Shown here: piece after piece, positions 32,401 to 40,700 of the stretch
Numbering within the stretch: the stretch's first letter is position 1
Layout: every line of letters starts with the position of its first letter
Source: a virus
Taxonomy: Duplodnaviria > Caudoviricetes
Reading direction: 5' to 3' (one strand)
Virus record (IMG/VR): IMGVR_UViG_3300037722_000495
Coordinates: 1 to 63,918 of that record
DNA: 63,918 nucleotides
Notes under the pieces: generated by a model
The model's database searches: none
The model's input: the letters and a program-made list of their open reading frames with translations, nothing else
Told to the model about the DNA's origin: nothing
Made by a program: the position numbers and the translations under genes

Positions 32401-33038
32401 CCAATTTTGATAAATCTATTCAAACCAATACCGTAGAGACAGTCAAAGGTTTCAACGCTGTAAATAATACTTTACAAGAAGGCTTTGATAATCTCGTAGC
32501 TGCTACCATTGTGAAAGACATGAAAGAAGCAGTAGCTTATGCAGATTCCATAAAGAAACCTAAAATTGACTGGATAGGATTAACTCTAGCTGTCGTAGGA
32601 GCCATAGCAGGAGCAAAAGCTGGGGCATCTACAAAACCAGCTGATCCGCAGCTTGTGAAGGCAGCTGTAGGTGGTTTTGTTAAAGGTCCAGGAACGAATA
32701 CCTCTGATAGTATTTCTGCAAGACTCTCCAATGGTGAGTTTGTAATAAATGCTAATGCCACTAAAAAGAATAGAGCATTATTAGAGTCAATAAATAGTAA
32801 TAAAAAGACAATAAGAGGTTTTGCTGAAGGTGGATATGTAGGTGATTCAATTCTTACACAACCTAATTTCAATGATTCCTCCAATGTGTCTAATAAGAAA
32901 GAATCTAGTTCTCAAGTAATCAAATATGAAATCAATGTTACTGGAGATGTTAGCAGACAAACCAGAAAAGAAATTATGAATATGATTCCTAATATAGCAA
33001 GTGGAGTCAATCTGCATAATCGCAATTATCAACGTTAA
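23463..33038 (+). CDS. Tape measure protein (3191 aa)
   Basis: N-terminal tape-measure domain (QL.Q...SG.LRGEELNSV.EQ); C-terminal GG...G.GT..SDSI.A.LSNGEFV; synteny. Confidence 0.92.
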   Translation: MSGIVIDVDTRSESTKKDLGAINRSLAKIISSSKSSKDALGKISSSGINGLKTTTNSVTKSFKALKDTSSSALSTVDKSAQKADKSVNKVRNTVLTLAAAFLAIKGVSVFSKMADNMTNLENRLKIVVKETEKLVQVQEKLYKISRETRSDFAITASTYVDFVKGLEKTAISETRILNVIRTIQKASILSGSSQESIRAGMIQLQQGIASGTLRGEELNSVLEQMKYLGQGLMSQLDMNAGSLRKFAEEGKLTTEVLINAVEKMSERTARDFKDTNITIAQAASQLKLSISVMLGNLQNFLGTSQAFANRLVKIADTIDRMSISTTSGITLLNLKIKNFIDGLSIFSAAQLTTRAMIKLDITPFEILETYQSYRKYKQYLNKIKDFLSYRSEMEIKPKLKFNLTASNYKNQIIETKDTEKQLSPLENFFLNLKELVSETVNFIKISISNLLRLIPVLQTPVTPLLTKIRSGILETLADLKSSIFLYLVPIRSELENFKNAFFAFATGDMRLENAWVSMFRSKSLDDFVDKLKKLNKLRSSYKMNDKVFLGKEIYRDVIKTTYALQDFLISIGILQNKLIGIRQARVDRFFKYFTNAASAASRVLRDVIEPVLYPIYQKFLLTFVNISKTIIDILYDTFSPNLAIRLSNRLADGFEKGWNSLFKGMEDLESGKMNFGNIFDDSELIQAVTKEFIKISRRLLEFFKIFISNLGSQISTLFKEQILGNINSLFDSMLNRIIEKFKRFKEKLSGILENKLQTIELNYALNLDNSLFDKMLFNFHRMFQKIREITKEVIPEILEKIKEFSNKVNGYFYEIYDKIVGHSYWPDTIDGILKHTDRLKDSETKVRSFKDRLLEIFSGIKDKIRNLASELGGNFEQAINALLNVNLADSFKVLSKNVGAALMAGFMLFFGNTKAKMIGTTYLFSVFNGALNNAFSYITPMLAKGIGTSGGLLADHVVKGFFNALNSIVIALPGFFKTLFKEVVPGGNMLLKIFNIFPMFHNKLLYALAGLALGYAKFAKGGSKTIFEILFGKSATKKGPATEGILSYVREIFRIRPARGVTDPFWRNLFVNKTAAKLAALSFSSVLIESISFLEAATVGTPLLLFALLGKDGGAKASRVFFVTAEMMIGGLYKLIANKVSSVFGNNSKFTKVVNAPFNLLNFIRRPKSNELGKLSTSFVDDAKTLITNFKRNSDKWAKGELSAKEAFTTIFLTDTLSGVTIPFQGFKQEITDFFNKDLGKGITLAGLWIRVKESTLNVFNRLTTFLTSGTLKQAFIRFAEGTGGAISKVFASSTNLIADGWRVLVKLIMNKWSLIALFTIGFASVARAAVDVKESVSDISSGLKTLLKVVGSITIALIALGYAFKLVSAFQMGMGLSKAFFPEKSQFSHAIEGFRAVGQHVAGTVSGLINFGKSTYNITKNKLFNKSWWTSIGGAFSDFLGLSDGTKGNFSAVFESISKLGNPFKDLKGNLSAVKEIGVNAFAALVGSSRDITKNIKNMGKGVKKVFEGVGTALWDIGALAFSGLGSIFKRLGVMLLKFLAPILGIVAAVSGVGVIGLWLFGPADTFFGNLEWAYDKIRGIFGLAPKTTEGKFQAFAKELGQIRVGNEIVDFRSMIDKIDFKQIDEAHIPILLGIGKEAKEGLKNLNELYVKQGYVLDTQLAEQKKLEEQVRKTLGRQPQKEEATHSRRWEEFSKDIIKVDNSLWTLIKRALGWTPELRKQTKQIEEINKNSMKIWSLSGSEKLDNSVRLLKKSFEDLSNLNLIDAFNNLGFSMYNAIWGSLEFIFLDIPKWLIELGQDATNAIKNWGWVDELTLVFKFISDKYYALFNGKERINQFKEGGEYLVALFQRKFNQGPSEEQLGLSAFGSRMRRKTSKELAPGVSTESYFTKEGSERLKKLDEEIIRKSTELYGYNKTSDTYGLKQTERDPELYRDNREHERAMRILKKEITKLKADYERFVSLDAYRAFVKFESEKINTGLENLNENTKKFWNIDLGEKGSEFLGSSYDFIDWEKEVKFAQQLRDELKEATNFVDRRYILGRLDVIFREMTHKAEKLKTSLNRNEQIEFELKIIGERKTKETISRLKLNGGVINYRIAFDKLDKAKSALDSLTANDSPEKVRDTNEIYKIALKNFNTMAPTTPWLDDINNKLKSFQLTEINMSDFIKYDPKIIKSLAQDLDKVTDAFDDYTYVLNVGSTYDQQIDAMDRYLRKLREVSSKIEEMSLQQLKDINSMPFTDPLAKTFAIMNKMGQDTTGLTLDRSDAEAYNKLLISKAEKTNQLKQIKENPSSPLGFSAETIQKELNEIEKKLTKFTDKSKLNLDSLVDALSSIDDSFNKKKFLSLKSTDQETLLKSIKKINDLNRENEDKSATSPEAQSNAKLILEEENNLRKLLKTYRQLEPIRILNLFEDSGFDINERLLNADASLKDAFINSKLQAEDYKKNMEDGLGGSLEGYDRVITISREAEVALKNSILTPEERLSKINEAFSTEFKLGDLQSDVILNLSAQALDILKQLEDFKNGKTELDIQVFNSKVEKDKFNINKQFSDLPFDKALKNFDTTPLDVIVSKILELVPGLSDIEELLSKSKDDIKLLYTGAIEIEREKERNKYRDTPVPLKDMGENLLENILNFIEQKDPLRALSEKSKLLGKEISKETQNYLDEFDTPLLSSLVNHMRYQKSLLNDPKIGQSVKNKIQKDFEILEFYFANAIEEATFNKQLERIKMAKESGQNFSNSIQEGMKSGLFDLIKGEKDVQEFVQDIVKTYTDNVLQSFVNGLVDAVMGQGSTLDKSFKNLGGTLFSMSNKFVEQDKKDPSEAIENNTEKLIENANNNNQGLIGNLWNALATNLNIVKDSIISLGTFLWNGLKAFFVGNQATGESSTLGTIIGGIGKFFGSSSNSEDTVTAATGGLIRGMGTATSDSIPAMLSNGEFVINAKSTKRYRNLLEAINNGSVRGFAEGGIVKPSIPTFTKVDDIAQTGSNFDKSIQTNTVETVKGFNAVNNTLQEGFDNLVAATIVKDMKEAVAYADSIKKPKIDWIGLTLAVVGAIAGAKAGASTKPADPQLVKAAVGGFVKGPGTNTSDSISARLSNGEFVINANATKKNRALLESINSNKKTIRGFAEGGYVGDSILTQPNFNDSSNVSNKKESSSQVIKYEINVTGDVSRQTRKEIMNMIPNIASGVNLHNRNYQR

Positions 33039-33043
33039 CTTAC

Positions 33044-33085
33044 AGAGCCACGCATAGATCAAAAATAGATTTAGTGGCTCTTTTT
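33044..33085 (+). terminator. Putative terminator
   Basis: AGAGCCAC/GTGGCTCT stem followed by a T run. Confidence 0.5.
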
Positions 33086-33098
33086 CTCAGGAGATTTT

Positions 33099-33707
33099 AT
33101 GGCCCTTTTTGGAGTTCTCAAAGGATTAACTAATACGGGGCTGGATAGCGAACTTGAATATGTTTTCTCAGCTCCATTATCAATTAACAGTAATCAACCC
33201 GCTTTTGCAAATGACTCAATGACTTTAAAGAGACAAGGAATTTTCACAGGTATTCAAAGATGGGAATTAACTGTCTCAGTAGTCCCTGAAACCATTCCTG
33301 CTGGATATCTTGTGCATTCTATCTTACATGGGTATACTGAAAGATTTTATGTAAGGATGCCTCAATTATACACTCTTTGTAAAATACCTCAGAGTACTGT
33401 AGTTAAATCAAATTTTAATTATGCTGCTAAAGAACATCAAATAGAAGTGAATACGAATTTATTTCAGAAAGGCGAATTTATAAGATTTTCAGGACACTCT
33501 AAAGTATATCTTATCACTAATGTAGTGGATGATCTTATAGATATTTACCCTAAACTTTTGAAACCAATTGTTCTCAATGAAGTTATCCAGAAGGGTAGTG
33601 CAGTTACCATGAATGGTATGTATGATACTGATGTAAATCTTGGATTGACATTTACAGATGGTATATTAACTAATACTGAGAATGTTCGAATAATAGAGAG
33701 TTTATAA
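33099..33707 (+). CDS. Putative distal tail protein
   Basis: First gene after tape measure; QRWEL and GEFIRFSGHSKVY motifs. Confidence 0.65.
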   Translation: MALFGVLKGLTNTGLDSELEYVFSAPLSINSNQPAFANDSMTLKRQGIFTGIQRWELTVSVVPETIPAGYLVHSILHGYTERFYVRMPQLYTLCKIPQSTVVKSNFNYAAKEHQIEVNTNLFQKGEFIRFSGHSKVYLITNVVDDLIDIYPKLLKPIVLNEVIQKGSAVTMNGMYDTDVNLGLTFTDGILTNTENVRIIESL

Positions 33708-33708
33708 T

Positions 33709-34176
33709 ATGGACTTAATAAAGATAGATGAAATGTTAATAAATACAGATTTTTTATGTAATTTACCACAAGCAAACTTAAATTATACTCATCAGTTTTT
33801 TGGAGGAATGTACCTAAGAAAATTGTGTCTGGAGAAATATACTTTTATAGTAGGTTTAACTTTGAAAACTGATACTATTCTGATATTATTGAAAGGCAAA
33901 ATTAAAATAGCGACTAACAATAGAAAATCTCAAATGTTTGAAGCTCCTTATGTTATCAAGGCACCTCCTAATACTCAAAGAGTTGGATTTGCATATGAAT
34001 ATTCAGAGCTTTTAATGGTCATTCCTACGGATAAAATTAATATAAATGAGATAATAGATGATATAACAATAGAAGGTCATGAAATGGTAGTTGGAAATTC
34101 TGAAAATATTCAACTCAAAAGAAATAAGGAGCTTATTCATGAAGAATTTAAGCCTGGTTGTAAAATCATTTCTTGA
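33709..34176 (+). CDS. Hypothetical cupin-like protein
   Basis: H.F.GG.Y.R......T..VG and AP.....P...R pattern. Confidence 0.5.
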   Translation: MDLIKIDEMLINTDFLCNLPQANLNYTHQFFGGMYLRKLCLEKYTFIVGLTLKTDTILILLKGKIKIATNNRKSQMFEAPYVIKAPPNTQRVGFAYEYSELLMVIPTDKININEIIDDITIEGHEMVVGNSENIQLKRNKELIHEEFKPGCKIIS

Positions 34177-34774
34177 ACAAGGTTTTTTCAGTGTTTTCTT
34201 TTTGATTGATTTAAAATTAATAAATGATTCTGGAACAATTGTAAATCTACATTTTACTAGTTTATCCTTTGATGTTTTAGTAGAAGGTATTACCTATTCC
34301 TCAGATAATTTTCTTTCAAAAATAGATTCACATAGAGCTACTACAATCTTGAATAGAAATGAATATAAATTAATGTTTTTAGATAATAACTATTTATTCA
34401 AACCATTTGTAAACAAAAGTTCTGCTGGTGGTCTATTAAATATTAGAATCGGCTTTATAAATACAACTGGAGATATTTTAGTTAGTTCTAATGGTTATTC
34501 TTTTGAACCCCATATGCCAATATTAGATCCATTAGATTTGTTTATCGCTTATAAAGGTGGAATAGATAATTTTAAATATATTATTTCGGAAGATCAAGGT
34601 GCTTTTGTAGAAATCACAGGTGCATCACCTTTAGCTGCGCTTGATGCAGTAAATACTTTCTATTCTAATGCATTTGCACTCAAACAAAGATTACCAGCAG
34701 GCACAATCGATACTTCCTTCGATCAAATAATGGAAGGTAGTAAAAAGATTGAGCTATTATGGGGAAAGATGTAA
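34139..34774 (+). CDS. Tail tip / baseplate hub-like protein
   Basis: AAGGAG RBS before ATG 34139; ends D..F.......LWGK; synteny. Confidence 0.6.
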   Translation: MKNLSLVVKSFLEQGFFSVFFLIDLKLINDSGTIVNLHFTSLSFDVLVEGITYSSDNFLSKIDSHRATTILNRNEYKLMFLDNNYLFKPFVNKSSAGGLLNIRIGFINTTGDILVSSNGYSFEPHMPILDPLDLFIAYKGGIDNFKYIISEDQGAFVEITGASPLAALDAVNTFYSNAFALKQRLPAGTIDTSFDQIMEGSKKIELLWGKM

Positions 34775-34777
34775 ATT

Positions 34778-37700
34778 ATGAGTATGGGTTGGGTAGCAGC
34801 TATAATCGCTGTAATTAGTGGAATTTATTCAGCAGTTAATCAGGCGAAAGCACGAAAAGCAGCCAAAAAACAAAAACGAAAAGCAGAAGCTCAAGCAGAT
34901 GCACAAAAAGGTTTTCAATTAGTAGTAGAAAAAGAAGTCAAATCACTCCCAGTAGCTTTCGGGAGAAATAAACTGGGTGGAGTGAGAGTATATCATAAGG
35001 TTAAAAGAAATTTCGTTTATTCAGATATTTATGGAACAGGAAGGAAGTTCTTTGCAAATCATGAAGCTTCAGCTATTAATGGAAAACATTATCGCCTTAT
35101 AAATCTTCTGTCAGGTACTCCTTCATTAGAGTTAGATGGTACAGGAAAGCCTGTAGTATATTCTTTAACACAAGCTAATCAACTCTCTGTATTTTATATT
35201 ACAAGAAACGAAGATTTATGGATACCAAGAAGTTATAAAAGTTTTGATGACTCCATAATATCTGGTGTAATGAAAACGATTACCCCTAATTTTTATTGGA
35301 TTGATAAATATCCAAATATAGATACAATATTTACATCTGAATGTTATACAGAAACGAAAAATGTAAAAGACCTTCAAGGAAATATTGAAGAGTTAGTTTT
35401 ATCTGATCTCTCCATGAGACCTAGCTCATTAGAAGATTTGAATATTATATTTCCTCCTTTTATTCCTGGTGGTCATAACAGTCTGGGGGCTTCTGAAGGA
35501 TGGATTTATAACAATTATTATTATATTCAACAAGTATTATCTCAAGGCAGTTTAAATGAAATCATTGAGCTCAATGTAGATGATAAGTATTATAATGATC
35601 CATCATATAAACCAGGATTACTTATTCATGCGTACAAAGATGGTGGTACTCCTTGTGCATTAATGACATCTAATGATGTAGAAAGAGCAAATGCTAAATT
35701 TACTAATATGTCCTTTCTAACGGGCGCCTTTAAATTGAATCGAGATGATCCCCAATTTATGGGTACTCCTGAAGTGCAAGCTTTTGTAGAAGGAATTAGG
35801 ATTAGAAGTATTAATAAAATTAATGGAATTTATTCTGAGAATTCCATACAAACTTACTCAAATAATCCTGCAAGAGTTCTTTTAGAGTATCTAAGAAACT
35901 CTAATTTTGGTATGGGTTTAGATGAAACTCAGATAGATTATGAGTCATTTTATAATGCAATGATCTTGTGTGATAGAGTAATCCTGGAAGATCAACCGAA
36001 AGTGGGAAAAATATGGATGAACAATCCTCATGTTTTAGGTGAAACTAATACTAAAACAAGAGATATAAAGATCTTTGAATGCAACCTTTCTATTGATACC
36101 ACGAAAGATTTCAGATCGAATATTGAGATGATTCTTGGTACGATGCATGAAGCTGATTTAATCTGGTCAGATGGAAAATACAAATTACAATTTTTATATC
36201 CTAGATTATTTGAGGACAATAATTATTATTCTCCAGGAGAAGTCATTCAAATTGATGATGAATATCCTAGACTTTTCAGGTGTATTACAGCAACAGATCA
36301 AAGTCCTCTGATTAATCCTACTAATTGGTTGGAAGATGTTGTTCAAATTACAATTACAGATGATGACATTCAATTATCTTCGGAAGTTACAATAGATTAT
36401 CCTTCAGCAGATAATAAGCTTAATTTTGCAACTATCAGATATTTTTCAGAAGATATGGATTTTGAGGAAGATACTGTTAGTTGGCCCAATAAAGAACCAG
36501 ATGATGTGAATGACATTGTCTATCAGACCTATTTTACTGAAGATAATAATATACCTTCAGAGACTGATGAATTTTTCTATGGTTGCTCCACCAGTATCCA
36601 CGCATTAGCTTATGCTGAGCAATTAGTAAGAGCTTCCAGACATCTGATAACATACTCTATGAAGGTCTCTTCTAGGATAATCGGAATTGAACCTGGTGAT
36701 ATTGTAAGAGTAAATTCTCAAATATTTTCAATAGATAATATCTTAATCAGAATTTCAGATGTTGAAACTGAAGATGGTGGTGTAGTTAAGATAACTGGTG
36801 AACAATTCGATGCTAATATTCTTGCATATAATATTCCATTTTATGAATTAGAAACTCCTGCTACATCCTATATAAATAACACAATCAAACAAGCAACTGA
36901 TCTAAGATTAACAGAAATAAAAGGTGAAAATAGAATCACTTACAGATTGTCATGGGCAAAATCCAATGACTCAAGAGTATCAAAGTATGCAATTAAATAT
37001 ACTACAGATACAATAGAAAATATTTCCAGTGCAACAGTATGGGAAGAGTATATTATAACTTATAATAATCAATGTAATATTTATACTTTGGATGGTACTT
37101 TCACTTTTGCTGTAGTAGCAATGACGGCTTCAGGTAGACAAGCACCATTTGAAGATTATGAATATGGTTCTACTTGGCCAGTCATAAGTGCCAATGTAAC
37201 ATCATATGAAAATGATATGGATCTCAAGTATGCAGATCTTGGTAATAAGATTGCAGATTTATTGTATGATAATATTCTAACTGCACAAGAAAAAATACTT
37301 TTATTAGAAGTATGGATTACTTATACTGCACAACATTCTCAGATAGTGTCGGAGGCTAATGCACTAAACATTACACTTGAATTGGTTTCTTATACAGAAA
37401 TTTTTGATGTACTAAACTCCTATATGCCAGTACTTCTTTCAGATTTAGAAAGTAATTCCAGGTTTGAAGATTTCTCATTTGTGGATACTGACTTATCTGT
37501 AAAACAACTTTCTGGAACATTGTTCAGGAGACATTGGTCATTAATATCAGAATACCTGATTATTCTTAAAAACAAAATGTCCATAAATAGTCTAATTCCA
37601 TTGCTCCCTGATACGCCTTATAATCTTGTAGTAACTGCTTATTTTAAAGAAATTGGATTAACTTGGGAAATCTCAGATGAAACCAATATAATGAATTATG

Positions 37701-40700
37701 AGGTTTGGAGAAATGTAATAAATGATCTAGGTACAGCCAGACCAGTAAAAATTACAACTTCCAGATTCGCATTAGATGCTCCTCCTGATCTATTTTTGGA
37801 AAGGGATTTTTATTATTGGGTAAGAGGAGTTAATAAAGATGGTCAGCCAGGAGAGTTCAATGCCATAGAAGGAACTCACTGTATAACTGTAAAAGATCCT
37901 TCTTACATTCTACAATTGCTTCAAGATGAATTAACAGAAAGCCAACTCCATTCTGATTTGACTTCAAGGATAGATCTAATTGATGCACCCTCTACTGGAC
38001 TTGTTGCAAAAACAGATTTAATTAATCAACAATTGAATAACCTCCAAGGTGAAGTTGCTGAGCTTTCTAATACTCCTTCGTATGAAGATACAGTCACATA
38101 TGAGATAGATGATTTAGTGGTTTATGAAGAAGCACTTTATAGAGCTTTAGCACAAACCACTAGTAATCTTCCCACTGATTTAAACTTCTGGATTAAGATT
38201 GGTGATTACACATCTTTAGGTGGTGTAGTATCCGGTCATTCTATACAATTAAATGATCATGAAAGTAGAATAACTTACAATGAAGGAGAATTTGAGATTG
38301 TAAATGGGAAAATTGATGGTACAATAATTTTAATTGATGATTTAGAAGAAGATGTTTCCTTACAATCCCAAGATATTACCTCTATAAAGAATACAATAAA
38401 TCACACAGAGTCAGGCAATGCTGCATTATATTCTAAGCAAAATTTAATCAACAATACTCTTAATTTAAATCTTAATGCTGATCAAAAGTGGACTGATATT
38501 GACAATAAACCAACTAATTTTGGTGGTCAAAATCTAATGAATCCTCGTTACAGTACATTCGAGGAAACAGATACACCTTCAGTATTCAATTCTAATATTA
38601 TAACAGATTTTTCTACAGTAGGTAATATTAGTCCAAAAGCTTTGAGAGTTTATGCTACAAGTTCATATGGAAATACTAAATTAGGAGTTAATTTCAGTGA
38701 TTATAATATTAATCTACCTCCTAATGGCAAATGGTTAGTAAGCTTTTATATAAAAAGTTCAACTACTAATAGAACAATGTATGCCCGTCTATTAGATGAC
38801 GGTGGATTTGCTTATGGTACTAATACATTTACTATGACTACAATAGATACTTGGCAAAGAAAATCTTTAATTTGTGATTGTTCTAGTGTGATAAGAACTA
38901 AATTTATAATTATGTTTGTTGCAGTATCTGCATATACCTATTTTACCATTGATGGAATTATGATAGAACCTGTTATAGGTGATCAAATAGAACCATCACC
39001 ATTTATCAGACCTGCATTTAACATTAATTATGCTCAATATGGTGCAGATGTTACTGCTACTTCAATTGCGTTTACTGGATTAGAGTCTAGGGTTGAAAAT
39101 ACTGAAGAGAGTATAAATACATTTACACAATCAATTAATACATTACAATCTACTATTAATAATGAAACTACTGGTTTAGATGCTACATATCAAAAAGCTG
39201 TTACTGTAGAAGGTGAATTAGATACTTTAAGTGGTACAGTTGGTAGTCATACTAACTCCCTTACTACTTTAAGCAATACCTTAAATTTAAATCTTAATGA
39301 AGATCAAAAATGGTCTCAAATTTTTGATAAACCTACCAATTTTGCTAGTGGAAATATAACACCATCAAGATATAGTGATTTTGAAGAGGATTTATTACCT
39401 CCATTAAGCTTGTTCAATTGTACTGCAATACAAGACAATACAATATTTTATTATGGTCATAATTCTTTAAAATTAACAAAAACTGGAATAGATGCATATT
39501 GCTTTTTATCTAATACCATAATTGATTTTAATGTAAAATTAACTCCAAATAGAAAATGGATTCTTTCTGCTTTTATTAATTGTGAATTAACTAATCAACC
39601 AATTCAATTAACAATTAGAAAAAGTGATTTATCTTATCCTGTAATTGAAACTTTATACACATCCGCTATATCAGGGCAATGGATTCGTTTACACACCATC
39701 GTAGATTTAAGCTCATCTCCAGTAAATGCTGGCAACATAAAAATTGATTATGATGGTGAAATAGGTTCTAGTATTTGGATTGATGGTGTAATGTTAGAAC
39801 CATTAATTGGAGATCAAACTACTCCTTCTATATATGTAGTGCCTAATTTAGAAACAACTTTTTCTCAATACGGAGCAGATATTACTGCAACTTCAGATGC
39901 TTTCGTTGAATTAGATACCACAGTTACTTTAATGGATGGTGTTGTAGTTGGACATACTAATAGTATTACATCATTAGATACAGCAATAAATCATCCTGAC
40001 ACAGGTTTACTAAAATTAAATTCTGAACATTCTGTTAGATTAGATGCAATTGATAATATAGAGACTGGTGCTCTTGCAACTTTAGGAACACAAGTCAATA
40101 TTTTATCTGCAGATATTTCTAATGAAGAAACTGGGTTAGCTGCTGCACACGCTGAGATAATTACGATTTCAAATGATTTGACTACTATAGCTGGTTCTGC
40201 TTCTTCTAGTGCAGAAAAGATATCTCAATTGTCTGCTATTGTAGAAGGTAATATTGTGATCTTTGAAGAGAAATTTAATTCTCCAGGAGGTTATAATTCT
40301 TGGGATAAATTTTCAGGAACAACTAACCTTACTCTGTTAGAAGATTCAACTAGAATAGGAGGTAAATATCTTCGAATAGGAAATAATTCAGGAAATGATA
40401 CAGCGTGGATTAATAATATACTCAGAATCCCTGTTAGAGATGATGTGATCTATAAGATTACAATAGTTATACGAAGGGTATATGGAAGTGGTACATTTTT
40501 TGGAGGTTTCACAGGTTTCAATGAATCTTTAACAAAAACTATAAGTTCAGTAGATAATGAATACCCCTTGCGCAATGTTTGTGCTTCTTTTTATACTGCA
40601 GCTAATAGTAATCCTCTTAGTAATCCTGAATGGACAACTTTAGTAGGTTATTCAAGATCTATTAATGGTCCAGAATGGCCAGAAGAAGCTGTTGGACAAA

